DNA of 64,000 nucleotides, from the NCBI RefSeq assembly GCF_009914755.1, contig NC_060925.1, one strand, 5' to 3'. A model generated the notes under the pieces. The model did not search any database. It had not been told where the DNA came from and was given only the letters and a program-made list of their open reading frames with translations. Positions 16,913 through 31,814 of this stretch are shown in pieces. This DNA comes from the human T2T-CHM13v2.0 reference genome, Homo sapiens. The position numbers were made by a program, and so were the translations under genes. Every line of letters starts with the position of its first letter. Position 1 is the stretch's first letter.

Positions 16913-17206
16913 TTCCACAGCTGGAATACTACTTTGACAGTTGCAACTTGGACATATAAATGCAGTTCTCCTCTAGGACAGTATTTCTAAAATAGATTTC
17001 CTGATTTTGATGCAAAATCCAACTGAAAATTAAAATGAAATCTTCTCTCATTGCCTGTTTAGAAACAGACAATACTAAACTCTTCTCATGGTATCTGAAT
17101 TTCAAGGACACAAATTTTGTATAAATAAATGTCAGTGATGACAATGGCTTTTTAGCAATATGTAGATTTTTGGCAATATAGTGTGGCCTTAAAAAAAAAA
17201 GTTTGG

Positions 17207-17510
<304 letters not shown>

Positions 17511-19435
17511 TTAAGACCTAAAATTCAAAACTCTGAAAATCAAATGCTGTTTTGCAACCTATTTAAAGGTAAAAATAAAAAACCTGGTCTGAACACATCT
17601 GACATCATGTTTTAACGCTGAAATATTAATGTGCTTGATGGGAAAGTCCCTCTTATTCTTCCATCAGTTTTATACGATACATGGCATATGTACTCTGTTA
17701 CCTTTCCAAAATCGGTGAAGGCAGGAAAGGAATATGACTATACTCTGACCCAAAAGATTTCCAAAAAAATTTTGGAAACTTATATATCATACAAATTTAG
17801 GTTTACTTAAGGAATGCAAGGTTAGTTCAATAACAGAAGTACTAGGCCACAGAGTACTTATCTATGATTTCTACAGGAAAGACATAGGGGTAATTTATTC
17901 TTCAAACAACAGACGCTATCACAGTGTTTCAGAACTCCAGAAAAAAACTTCCCCAGCACCTCTTGTCTTCTTTTAATTAGTACATGGTTACAAAAAGTAA
18001 CAGTTACATAATGCATACAGGGACTATGGAACCTAATACTTATACCGCCTTTTAAAATGTTTATTACATAATAATTCTGAAACTGAAAAAGGAAAGCAAA
18101 AGAGCAGCTCATTTGAAAGTTTTTTTTGTAAGAGGAGTTTCCTTAGAAACTTACTGCTAGCAGATATAAAAAGCAAGCATGAGGGAAAATTTCTAAAAGA
18201 TGGAACAGGTCTGAGTCTATTGCTTTATCACTTTTGGAAGTAAACTACTTCGGTTGGTAGAATGTCAAAAATAGACAAAAATAAGCTCAAAGGAATAAGA
18301 CCAACAAGACTGATTTGACTCCAACAAAATAAGTTAAAGTTTCAGTTCATTACACAACGTGGTTTATTTGACTAGTTTGTATTCTACTACTACTTTCCAA
18401 CAAGTTGGAGTAGATTACAATTTATTTGTAATTCACACAGTAGAAATTTTAAATTATCAGATGATATAGTTGATACAATCCATCAGGGTTTAAAAAAACA
18501 ATTATCTGAAATAACCTCAGAAGTACTCCAGAAATACTTAGAAGAAGCATTCCAAAAACAATTAATTAAAAATTCAAAGGTTCAGGGATGTGGTGAATGG
18601 GAAAAATATGATGGGACTTCGGTAGGAGAGATGTCATGAACAGCAGAAATGGTAAATGATAACAGCACATGAAATTTTACATTTGTATACAGTTGTCCTT
18701 ATACCTAAGCAAGTTTTACCATGTGCAGCTTTGGTTTCCCTAGGTACCCCCATTTCTGACCTCCTAGAATCAAAGTATATCTATAATAATTAAAGGGGAA
18801 AAGAGTTTCCTATGTGACTCTAAATGACTCTAACCTGAAAGGACAAAAAGCCATAAACATAAGGCTCTAATCACAGCATATAAATGGAATTAACAGGGAA
18901 TGGCTGGTATATACCAATAATTTGTTTCCTTTACAGAGACTTGATTTTTAACTTTTCCGGCCCTCTCAAGCCCAGAAACTTTATCTGAGGTATTTCAAAG
19001 ACATTACAGAAGAATGTGTAACTTTACAGAGTAGAGTAAAAGAATTAAAAATCTTTACCCCCACCCTGCACAAAACATGAAATATGCAGTTATAAAATGT
19101 TTGTGTTGAATATTTGAACTTTCTCTTATAAAAAGGAAAATAAGCATGTCAGATTTAAGAATTTATTCAAAAACATGTCAGTAACACAGACTTATCACCA
19201 ATTACTTAATCTTCCCATATTTTCTAAAGTAGCATCTCTACCACTCCCAAACCCCAGGCCTGCATTTGAATCTCTAAGATCTACCTCAAACCTAATCAAT
19301 CAGATTTTAAAAATCTGCATTTCAAATACGAGTCTTGGTTGACACTCATGAACACTGCAGTTTGGCTTCTTCACACCTCAGATTTCAGAATTTAAATGAA
19401 CTTTTATCATCATCATCAAGCAGTGATTTTAGATC

Positions 19436-22150
19436 TTTTTAATTTTTTTAAATTTTTAGTGTTTCTGGGTATACAGCAGGTGTATATACTTATGAGGTAC
19501 AAGAGATATTTTGGTACAGGCATGCAATATGTAATATCACAACATGGAGAATGTGGGTATCCATCCCCTCAAGCATTTATCCTTTGTGTTACAAACAACC
19601 CAATTATACTTTTTAAGTTATTTTTAAATGTACAATTAAATTATTATTGACTATAGTCACCCTGTTATGCTATCAAATACTAGATCTTATTCATTTTAAT
19701 TAATTTTTTTTTTTTATCCATTAAACGTTCCCACCTCCCCTGCCCCCCAGCCCCGTACTACCCCTTTCCCAGCTTCTGGTAACCATCTTTCTATTCTCTA
19801 TCTTCACGAGTTCAATTGATTTTTAGATCCCACAAATAAGTGAAAACATGTGTTGTTTATCTTTCTGTTCCTAGCTTATTTCACTTAACATAATAACCTC
19901 CAGTTCTATCCATGTTGTTGCAAATAACAGAATCTTATTCATTTTATGGCTGATAGTACTCCATTGAGTATGTGTACCACATTTTCTCAATTCATTCATC
20001 TGTTGATGGACACACAGGTTACTTCCAAATCTTGGCTATTGTGAACAGTGCTGCAACAAACATGGGAATGCAGATAACTCTTTCATGTATACGTTTCCTT
20101 TCTTTTGGATATATACCCAGCAGTGGGATTGCTGCGTAATATGCTATTATTTTTAATTTCTTGAGGAACCTCCAAACCATTCTCCATAGTGGTTGTACTA
20201 ATTTACATTCCCACCAGCACCATACAAGGGTTCCCTTTTCTCCACATCTTCACTAGCATTTGTTACTGCCAAACTTTTGGATAAAAGTCATTTTAACTGA
20301 GGTGAGATGATATTTCATTGTAGTTGTGATTTGCATTTCTGATGATCAATGATGTTGAACACTTCCATATACACTGGTTTGCCATGTTTGTCTTGAGAAA
20401 TGTCTAATCTTTTACCCATTTTTAAATGATTATTCGATTTTTTTTTTCCTATAGAATTTTCTAAGCTCCTCGTATATTCTGGTTATTAATCCCTTGTCAG
20501 ATGAGTAGTCTGCAAATATTTTCTCCAATTCTGTGGGTTGTCTCTTCACTTTGCTGATTGTTTCCTTTGGTGTGCAGAAGCTTTTTAACTTGATATGGTA
20601 CCTTTTGTTCATTTTTGCTTTGGTTGCCTGTGATTGTGGGGTATTACTCAAAAATTTTTTGCCCCAAGTTTCCCCAATGTTTTCTTGTAGTAGTTTCACA
20701 GTTTGAGGCCTTTAAGTCTTTAATCCACTTTGATGTGATCTTTGCAGCAGGAATCAAGTTTCATTCTTCAGAACATAAATATCCAGTTTTCCAAGCACCA
20801 TTTATTTAAGAGAATATCTTTTCCCCAATTTATGTTCTTAGCAACTTTGTCAAAAACGAGTTCACTGTAGGTGTGTGGATTTGTTTCGGGGTCCTCTATT
20901 CGGTTCCATTGGCATGTGTCTGTTTTTATGCCAGTACCATGCTGTTTTGGTTACTATAGCTATATAGTATAATGTAAAATCAGGTAATAACGATTCCTCT
21001 ACTTTTGTTCTTTTTGCTCAGGACAGCTTTGGCTCTTCTGGGTCTTTCGTGATTCCATATAAATTTTAGGATTTTTTTTTCTATTTCTGTGAAGAATGTC
21101 ATTGGTGTTTTGATAGTGATTGCAATGTATCTGTAGATTGCTTGGGTAGTATGGACATTTTAACAATATTGATTCTTCCAATCATTAACATGGCATACCT
21201 TTCCAGTTTTTTGTGTCTTCTTCAATTTCTTTCATCAGTGCTTTATAGTTTTCATTATAGATATCTTTCACTTCTTTGGTTAATTCCTAAGTATTTAATT
21301 TTATTTGTGGCTTTATAAATAAGAATATATTTTTATTCTTTTTCACATCGTTCACTGCTGGCATATAAACATGCTACTGATTTTTTGTATGTTGACTTTG
21401 TATCCTGCAACTTCACTGAATCTGTATCATTTCGTTCTAATAGTTTTTTGGTGGAGTCTATAGGTTTTTCCAAATATAAGATCACATCATCTGTAAACAG
21501 GGATAATTTGACTTCTTCCTTTCCAATCTGGATGCTCTTTATTTCTTTCTCTTGTCTGACTGCTCTAGCTAGGACTTTTAGTACTACGTTGAGTAACATT
21601 GGTGAAAGTGGGCATCCTTGTTGAGTTCCAGATCTAAGAGGAAAGGTTTCACTTTTTCACCATTTAGTATGACTAACTGTAGGTTTGTCATATATGGCTT
21701 TTATTATGTTGAAGTGTGTTCCTTCTATAACCAGTTCATTGAAGGTTTTTATCATGAAGGAACATTGAACTTCATCAACCTCACTTCTTTTTTCTTTTCT
21801 TTTTTTTTGAGATGGAGTCTCGCTCTGTCACCAGGCTGGAGTGCGGTGGCGCAATCTCAGCTCACTGCAACCTCTGCCTCCCGGGTTCAAGTGATTCTCC
21901 TGTCTCAGCCTCCCGAGTAGCTGGGAATGCAGGTACGCGCCACCATGCCCAGCCTTCTGTATTTTTAGTACAGACGAGGTTTCACCATGTTGGCCAGGAT
22001 GATCTCAATCTCTTGACCTTGTGATCCGCCAGCCTCGGCCTCCCAAAGTGCTGGGGTTACAGGCATGAGCCACTGCACCTGGCCATCAACATCACTTTTT
22101 AAGTATCAACTGAAATGATGATATGATTTTTATCTTTCATTCTGTTGATG
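19436..22150 (-). mobile_element. L1MA 3' ~2.4 kb, interrupted by an Alu
   Basis: ORFs 20430..20699 and 21333..21599 resemble ORF2/RT (IQIGKEEVKLSLFTDDVILYLEKP). Confidence 0.92.
21787..22084 (-). mobile_element. AluS (Sc-like) inside L1
   Basis: Full dimer; TSD catcaac(c/a)tcactt. Confidence 0.95.
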
Positions 22151-22409
22151 ATTTTAGTTCTTATCAAGAACCCAAGGATATTTTATAGAAATCCTGAAAT
22201 GCCTACTAATTAATCATAATTACTACAGTTTTTGGAACAGTTTTATAATTTTAAATTATTGGAATCAAAAAGTCTATTTACACCAAAATTTAAAGAGAAT
22301 AATCAATTCACTCACATATCTTATTTTTCCTCCTAAGAATATATAACCATGAGAACAGGGTTCTAGGGTCTGTCATATTCACAAATATATCCCAGCGCCT
22401 AACAGTGTT

Positions 22410-22891
22410 TTTTAAATTTTTATCTTTAATTGACATAATAATTGTGAATATTTACGAGGTATAAAATATTTTGATCCTTGCATACATTGTGAAATGATCA
22501 GAGTATAGCATATCCACCACCTCAAATATTTCTTCTGAGAACATTTAAAATCCTCTCTTTTGCTATTCTAAAACATACAATTTATTATTATTAATTATAA
22601 CCACCTTGTTGCACAACAGAACACCAGAATTGATTCTTCCTGTCTAACTATAACTTTGTACTCACTGACCAACTTCTCCCCTCTCCCCATCCACCTCTAA
22701 TCTCTGTTAACCACCATACTATGCTCTACTTGTATGAGTTCAACTTTTTTAGATTCCGCATGTAAGCAAGATCATACAATATCTGTCTTTCTGTGCCTGT
22801 CTTATTTCACTTAACATAATGTCATCTAGGTTCATCTGTGTTGGTGCAAATGACAGAACTTCCTGGGTCTTTTTAAGGTGGAATAGTATTC

Positions 22892-22941
<50 letters not shown>

Positions 22942-23520
22942 ATATGTGTGTGTGTGTATATATATACACATACAATATATGTTTTAAATTCATTCATCCA
23001 TTTAGATAAATACTTAGGTTGTTTGCATGGCTACTGTGAATAATGGGACAAAGAAGATGGGACTTTTTTCATAGTGATTTTATTTCCTTTGAGAATATTC
23101 CCAGTAATGGGATTGCAGGATCGTATGGTAGTTCTATTTTTAGTTTTTTGAGGAACCTCCATAATGTCTTCCAATGTAGCTGTACTATTTACAATACCAC
23201 CAACAGTTTATAAGAGCTCCCTTTTCTCCACATCCTCATCAACACTTGTTTCATCTTTCTGATAATGGCCAATCTAAGAAATGTGAGGTGATGTGCATTA
23301 ATTTGCATTTCTCTGATGATTAGAGATGTTGAGCCTCTTTTTCTATATCTATGTCTTCTTTTCTATGTCTTCTTTTGAGAAATACCTGTTCAAGTCCTTT
23401 ACTCATTTTAAAAATAGGGGTGTTTCATTGAGTATTTGTATATTTTGTTCCTTGTATATTTTGCACATTAGCACCTAATCCAATATATGATTTACAAATA
23501 TTTTCTCTCAATAATTGGGT
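22410..23520 (-). mobile_element. L1MA/MB 3' fragment containing a (TG)n tract (~22895-22960)
   Basis: ORF 22749..22997 ends like ORF2 (MNLDDIMLSEIRQAQKDRYCM). Confidence 0.88.
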
Positions 23521-26500
23521 TCTAACACAGTGTTTTATACACGCTGGCTCAAATACTGGCTGAATGACTGAAAATAAATTCTTCAAATATTCTAAAGAAA
23601 ATCAGAGTTTCAAGAAAGGTTTTCAGAACTTACTGAATTTCTATTACCTATCAATTTTAATGAGAAATTACAGGTGTATGAAGAGTATCCCCTATATTAT
23701 TGCCATGGAAGTTTGCTTCCTGTGTTTTGTGTTTGTTTTTGTTTTAGTTCACAATCAAGATTCCTTAAGATTCTTCAATTATTTTACTGACTTTGGCATC
23801 AAGTTCAACTCCTTGGCATGGTTTAGGGTCAGAATTAAGGAAAGTAACCTTTAGTACTCACAAGAATAAAACAATCAAATGGTTTTACTACTCCCACATA
23901 AAGGTAAGCTTCATTAAAATACAGCAAAACACCATGTATGTTCAAAACTCTCCAATTTAAGTGTACTTGAGACTTCTTAAAATCTGTCTGTAATCACCTA
24001 ACCTTCAAGGTTTGAGAAAAAGTATTAAATTGTATACAGATAATTTCCTGTATTGTCATAATCTTCCCCTTAAATAAGCATTAGTTCAATTTGATTATAA
24101 AAACATTTCATTTCCTGCATTAAAAAAAATTTCCAAATAAAATAAAGTTGTTGAACCAATAATAACTGCCAAAAAGTACTAAGAACTTAAGCATTAACAT
24201 GAAGCAGCAGACATTGACAATGCATTGGTCATAGGTAATAATCCAGCCAAAGACTCACTATGCAAAAATAGGCAAGATGGCTCACTTTTCATCTACTATA
24301 TAAAGAGTCATCCCTGTCCTCCATATCCCTCCCAAGCATATATTCTTTCAATGACCAGAGATTAGTATAGTTGCATAGAATGACATGGGTAAACTAGAGG
24401 AATTTCTTAATATAGTCCAGAAGCTATTATGCAGTATTGTTTCTTAAATATCATTAATTTATTCAAATTATAAAATATACAAATTCACAAGGTATTAGAT
24501 CACTATCCTACATATATATTTTTAATGTTAAATACTCTTAGCCTCCATAAAATGATTCCTTGTTTTTTCCTATTGTCCCTACACTTTGATTCGTCTGGAA
24601 CTTTGTCAAAATTACAGAAATACAAATAAAAGGTATGTCTCAAAAATGTCTGATAGAGTAAATAAAATCAAAAGTGTCATATAAAAGTCTTACCTATATA
24701 TTTTATTCATAAATCTCCTCCTTCCTCTAGCACAGAAAATAGGCAATTCAGGATTCAAACTAATGCATGTCTGCATGACAATTTTTTAAAAAAAATGAAT
24801 TAAACTTTCAATCAACAGCAATCTCTTATCAGTAAAAGCATTTTAAAGATGAGAGATTGTAGATCAAAAAATTTTATTTAGTACTTGTATTTTGTACTAC
24901 ATTTATTTACTACCTTAGAAAAACAAGACTTATTAGGCAAATTTAACTCCAGCAACTATCTGGATCTTATAAAGCATACCCAGCTGAAGGAGATAGAGAA
25001 GCTTCAACTAATACATCATTTTTCAAACTAAGTTATCCGATGTTCTGAACACACAGAAGAGACTAATAACTCACCATTCCAAAATTCCTTAAAGACAAAG
25101 AATAAAGCAATTATGAGATAACTATTTCTAAGACAGAAATCACATCAATAAGATACATTCAGAAATTTAAAAGCAAAGTTACTGCAATGGCTTTGACGAG
25201 AATTTAAAATCTAACGAATAGTATGCTAACGTTCCTCATCACACCAGATTTACAGCTAACCACAAAAAGATAAGACTAGGCTCATACTAAGCTAATGGCT
25301 TCATAGGCTTAATAATAAGTTATTTAGCTCTGCTTCCTATTCAATTACACATAATAATAAACTAAATAATATTTAAAGAGCCTAAAATCCACATTTGTTA
25401 ATCCATATAACGTCCACCCAGTTTACCGCTCTCAAAAATTCAGAGATAATCAAACCTGGTCTAAGTATGTTTCAATATAAAAAAAAATCAGCATTGTCCT
25501 ATTTGCCAGGAAGAGAACCTAACAAAAATGTTTTGCTTTATTATTTAAATAAAGTCTGAGCTAAAAAGTTAAAAAATGTCTAAAATATTAATAATACTCT
25601 AGAAGGGCAGATAGGATGTATATCCTCATAATCACCCTCCCATACAAAAGAACCAATTCCTCTTGATAATAAGTAAAAGAGACTATGCTTGCCTACCAAT
25701 CTCTAATTTTCTCATTATTTCACACACACAACTATGCAACAATAAAATGTAAACTATGGTTTATACTGAGAATTGTGAAGACTTTCTTCCTTAGAATTTA
25801 AAACAGATTAAAAAGGTTCTAAGTATAGCAGTCATTGGTTTGATTAATTCTACGGAAAGTCTGAAATGGATGAAAGCTTAAAAGGTTAAAAAATTCAACT
25901 GATATATTTTTTTAAAAAACATACCTCACCTCAATGAAGCATGGCTGATAGCTTTTATAGCAAGATTAAAATAATTAACCTATTAAGTATACTACATGTG
26001 ATGCTTTAACAAATTCACAAACTGTGAAAATTAAATGACATTCTAGGTTAGGTAAATATTTACTCAAAACCTTGTATTTAAGTCCTTATTATATATAAAT
26101 ACATAAAAATGTGGAAGTATAAGAAAAAAACAATACTCACAGGATTACAGTACAGCATGGAAAACATGTATTTTTTCCAAAGTAATACATATTATAGAAA
26201 CAGAATCAAAATAAGTAGAAATCTTTACAAAACAAAACAAGTGGTTAATTCTATCTCCTGCTTCCTTTTCCCTGCCCCTAATTTTTTAGGGAAATGGCAT
26301 CTGAAAAAAGAATAGAAAGACTTCACCCTAGGACCCTATAGGTTTGGGGTCTTTGGGGATAGTTACTTAACAGCTGAATCCAGGAGAAGTTTCTAGGCAA
26401 AAGGAACAGTGTAAGCAAAGATACCCTAACATTCTGCTTTGAGAGTTACATACAATTTTAAAGCACAAAAACAATAGGCTGGGGCTAGGCAATTACGGAG

Positions 26501-27882
26501 GGTTATGCAAAGAGATGGATCTAAACCAATGTACATGATAGGCAGCTACTGAAAAATTTTAAGCAGGAAAGAAACATCATATTTCTGGCAATAACACATA
26601 AAAGGATAGGTTAAAAGATTATTGCTAGATGAGGTGATGCTAAGGATCTAAACAAGGCAGAAGCAGTAAAATAGGATATGACAATTACAGCTAATCAAAG
26701 TAGGTAGAATATAAAGTTCTGTGGGGGGCTGGGAAAGGGAGAGAATACCATTATCTGGCTTCTGCTTTTCTTTTTCATTTAAATACATAATCTAAACATA
26801 AACCCAGAATCTATGTAAAGGATTCAGTGACCTGACATATAATAAAGATATTCATTATAGAAAACTAACAAATCTAGAAAAGAGCTTTTGTAAAGTAAGC
26901 CTGCTTAAAAGAGAGATCAAAACTTTTTAGTGAGGAATAAGAACAAAAACTGTCTGGCATTTAAATAATAAAGCTAATAATTCTGAAAGAAAAAAGATTA
27001 GTAAAATTGCAACTACATACTATTGCTTAAAGAAAAATCAAATATGAATAGTATTATAAAAGATAATATTTGTCTCAGAATGTCTGATTTCAAATCGTAA
27101 TCTTAAGGATCATTTTCACTCAAGAGTATTTAAGGGCTACATCATTTTTCCCAAGTGCCTCTCTCAATCCTTGAGTGATATTCACATCACTTGTTCAGAG
27201 AAAACATCAAAACACTCTTGAAGAAAATACTGTTTGCCTATTTTCCCTTCTTGAACTGCTAACCCATTTAACTCTGCTAGAATCTAATTTAATGACAGCT
27301 TTGCAAGCAATTTTAGCAATTCTCCAACAATATTTTCATAAACTTCATGAAATCTAGTATGTTTTACGAGATCTGCTACTTTATTTTACAATACAACCAC
27401 TCTTACCTCTTCTATCAATAAAATCCTAATGCAAACCAACATCTCCTCTCTTCTGAACTGCTACAATGCTTCCTAACTTTTCTCCCCAGCTTCCAATGTC
27501 AAGGGGTTGAGAGGGACACATCTTCTCTGTCCTCCACACAGGGATCCAAGTAAACATTTTAAAATCTAAATCAGATCCTGCTCAACACTATCCCATAACT
27601 TTCCATCATAATTAGTCTTTACTTGATTAATGTGTCAACTTAAATGTCACCTCCTTGGAGAAGCCTGGCTATGAAAACTAAAACAGAATCCTCTTGCAAA
27701 GCCCTACCATGCCTAACTATTCTTCCTAAGGTAGTGCAGTCATGCATCACTCAATGACAGGGATACAGTCTGAGAAATGTGTCATTAGGCAATTTTGTCA
27801 TTATGTGATCACAGAGTATACTTACACAAACCAAGATGGGGGTATGTATGTGTGTGTGTATATACACACACACATATATGAA

Positions 27883-28389
27883 TATATACACACATATACA
27901 CATATGTACGTATATATACTATATATACACACATATACACATATGTACGTATATATACTATATATACACACATATACACATATGTACGTATATATACTAT
28001 ATATACACACATATACACATATGTACGTATATATACTATATATACACACATATACACATATGTACGTATATATACTATATATACACACATATACACATAT
28101 GTACGTATATATACTATATATACACACATATACACATATGTACGTATATATACTATATATACACACATATACACATATGTACGTATATATACTATATATA
28201 CACACATATACACATATGTACGTATATATACTATATATACACACATATACACATATGTACGTATATATACTATATATACACACATATACACATATGTACG
28301 TATATATACTATATATACACACATATACACATATGTACGTATATATACTATATATACACACATATACACATATGTACGTATATATACTA
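27883..28389 (+). repeat. VNTR, 13 identical copies of 39 bp (tatatacacacatatacacatatgtacgtatatatacta)
   Basis: gtacg recurs every 39 nt from 27906 to 28374. Confidence 0.95.
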
Positions 28390-28436
28390 TATATACCCAT
28401 ACACATACGTATATACGTACATATATATACGTATGT

Positions 28437-28545
28437 ACACACATACGTATATACGTACGTATATGTACGTAGGTACACACATACGTATATACGTACGTAT
28501 ATGTACGTAGGTACACACATACGTATATACGTACGTATATATATA
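28437..28545 (+). repeat. 38-bp tandem repeat, ~2.8 copies (acacacatacgtatatacgtacgtatatgtacgtaggt)
   Basis: agg at 28471 and 28509. Confidence 0.85.
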
Positions 28546-30254
28546 CGTATGTACACATATATATGTGAAAAACCAATGTCCCAGCACCATTACTGAATAT
28601 CAGTCATTTCCCCTACTTGATCTGCAATGCCAATATCAAGTGTCATATATTAGGTCTCTTTATGTGCTCTATTATTTTCTTATGAGATCACCATCATATA
28701 TGCAGTCCATCACTGACTGAAACGTCATTATGCAGTGCATGACTGTATTGTATGTTATATACTACTACTATGCTATACATTGGCCCTTTTAGTGTCTCCC
28801 CCAACCTCCATACACACATCCCAAAATGTAAGCTCCAAAGGGACGAGGACTTTGTCAGCTAGATCCAACACCTAGAATAGTCCCTAGCACATCAGAGGCA
28901 TTCAATAAATAGAGCAATTAAGTAAATGCACCGTACTGTCACAATTTCATAAAATCCAACAATCAGTGAGAGACTGAGTAACAAAGATCTGGAAACAATA
29001 TATACAAAAAAAATTTGCTACTGTTAAACAGAGAGGAAAAAGACAATGGGAATGAATCATTATTAGTGAACTTTTTGTGATGTGACAACTTTTTCTTCCC
29101 TGTATGTACTTACATAATAAGTATTCCATTGACAAAGATCCTGTGCATATCAGAACTGAATTCAAGGCTTAAAGATAACAATATACACAGACCAAGTCAT
29201 TCTCAAATGTTTCAAAGAAAGTAAAATATAGAAGAAAATCGGCTGAATTACACAGCTAAAATAACACCAGAATTAACGAACTCACAAGGATTCTCCATAC
29301 TATAATTAATGGGAAAAATGTCAAACCTCTGAATTCTCCTTAACTAGAACATCCCTGCACCCTTTCTGTACATGATGTACTGAACTAGATCCATAATAGC
29401 TTTCCTAAAGTGATAAGGTTTCCGAAGGTTATTATAATCTACCATAGTAGAACTGGACTTCCTGATAGTACACATTACCTAAAACTATTTGTCTGATAAG
29501 ATTCCATTAAATCGTTATCCTAAACAGAGAGTGGATTTAACAAATCAAAAACAAATGATTTCATGTAAAACTGTTCTTAGTTTGAACATTTCAAGCATAA
29601 AAATTCAAAACTCAAGATTCAGATAGCATATATTTCATGAAGTAGGTTTTACAGCTAAAAGGGAAACACACACATTCACCATGCTTTACAAATACCTACT
29701 ACTAAATGAAACCAGGCTTTATTCTAAAATCTTGGGAAATGGTCATGACAAATATAACCCTATACTAATATCGCATATAGAAGAATTAATAATAAGTAGT
29801 TATAAGAAAATACCAAGGAAATCTAAACTAACAGATCTGTCTACTGCCCTCATTTTAAATGTGGGAAAAGTGATCTGTCCAATAAAATTTAACAAGTTAG
29901 GGGGAGAAGTCCAAGGTTTTATTTTATCACATTTTTCCCTAATATTACCACTTCATGTTCTCAAATTTAGATTTTTGAATGTCATCTGACTTTAATTCAC
30001 AAGATATTTAAAGCTATCATTACTTTAAGAAATTCATCAAACTTTTAATCCAACTGTGAATTCATAACATTATAGTATTCTACTCGCTAACTCTTCCTGG
30101 CATGAAATCCAACGCATTAAGGAAACAGATGGGCCATATGAATATCATTTCTAGATCATGACCAAAGTAATTTCTCAGGGGTTTCATACACTGCATGGAA
30201 AAGGCTCCTAAAGGACTAGACCATATGCATACTTTGTAATATGAATTCTAATCA

Positions 30255-30365
<111 letters not shown>

Positions 30366-31754
30366 TTATTTGAATTATAGTAGATATTTCAAATAGAAGA
30401 TATATAAATCAAAAAGAGGCATGATATATTCCTTTCTATTCCCAGGTTTTCATCAGTCCCTGTTTGTCTCAATATCAAATTTCTGAAGGCTTCCTCTCCA
30501 CAGAATACAAAAGCAAGGACATGTGAAAAGTTAAGAGACAAGCCTTTTCCATGGTACACAATCTTAAAGAACTATAAATTGTTTACTAAATATTGTTCAT
30601 CATTAATGAAGCCACCACATGCAAAAAAAGATAAATGTAAATGTAAATATTTTAAATGACATGTACATTATACTATGTGAATAGTGAACTAGCATATCAT
30701 TAATTCAGGTGATAATCTATTGATAAATGTTAAGATAAATATGACAGTAAGATAACTGGATCATCAGGTTCAACTCTTGAACATAAAAACACAAAAAACA
30801 CCCAGAATATGTCAGTCTCTGCTTTATATATATTCTTCACAAATATTAAGATTGAAATATCAGCTTTGTTTAATAATGACTTAGACTCTAATTTCTGATC
30901 AGTAATCCAGAGGAATAGGCCTAATCAACCATTATATAAATTTTCTCTCTCACACTGACAACCTAGCTTCCTTTTTTATGTACTAACTTTGATTAATGAA
31001 AAAATAGCAAATTTTAAAATGCCACTAAAGATGCATAATCAGGTAAAATTATTTCTAGCTAATGCAACCTCAGCTCAATCATACAGTCAGGTAAGTGACA
31101 TAAATGTGTAACAACTTAAGAATGCTACAGAGGATACTGAACATCCACTAAATATTAAATCCATTAATCTTAAACATGTTCTATGTATCAGCAAAAGAAA
31201 ATTACAATACATATAAATAACTAAAAACACAAACTAAATTAATAAATACAGCCAAAGGCAAAAACTTCAAATCATAATACCCTATAAGACTCCCAAGGAT
31301 CCTCCCATAAATTTCCTTAGGTAAACTATATTAAACTGTAAATTCCCAGAATATTGGTAATGTATTCTTATATTTCTCTTTTAATTAACCTTAACTCCTA
31401 GAAATGCACAGAGTAGGTATGTAAAAGTTATTAATAAAAAAAGCATTGTAGTGGTAATAATTGACAGTTTTAAGTTATGATGGCACTCCAAGAAAACTGA
31501 GCGATTTTTTTTGTCAGTCTAATCGAGAAAAATTATGGCAATAAAACATTGTAAAACAAATTTAGACTATATTTTATTAAGTGTTCAGAATGTTTTTTTC
31601 TACAAAAATTCATCCTCAATTGAAATGAAAGTAACAGCTGTTACTTTCTTCCTAAGACCAATCCCATAAACTTAACACAGCAACTTAATGGAAAGGTGAC
31701 AATTTCATGAAATTGAAAAATTGCTAAGGATGTGAGAAATTCTTGATTCCTTAC

Positions 31755-31814
31755 TTCCACTCTCTTAATATCCTCTTCCAAAACACTTAGCTCCTTCTGG
31801 ATCTGTTCCAGTTG
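31755..31814 (-). CDS. COP1: COP1 coding exon (probably exon 7), 60 nt, coiled coil
   Basis: CTGCAG|CAA CTG GAA...GTG GAA|GTAAGG; QLEQIQKELSVLEEDIKRVE, visible inside ORF 31641..31889. Confidence 0.97.

Larger units (their letters stand above)
27737..28745 (-). mobile_element. Tigger3-family (TcMar) non-autonomous DNA element with an internal VNTR
   Basis: TIRs cagtcatgca...tgcatgactg followed by TA; Tigger3-like termini. Confidence 0.85.

Noticed and set aside
27883-28389. CRISPR-like regular array
   Set aside because: Units are head-to-tail and identical with no unique spacers, no cas genes, and the context is a eukaryotic intron.
27742-28596. Long ORFs (284, 255, 244, 224 aa) on both strands
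   Set aside because: Artefact of a 39-bp (multiple of 3) stop-poor tandem repeat; low-complexity translation.
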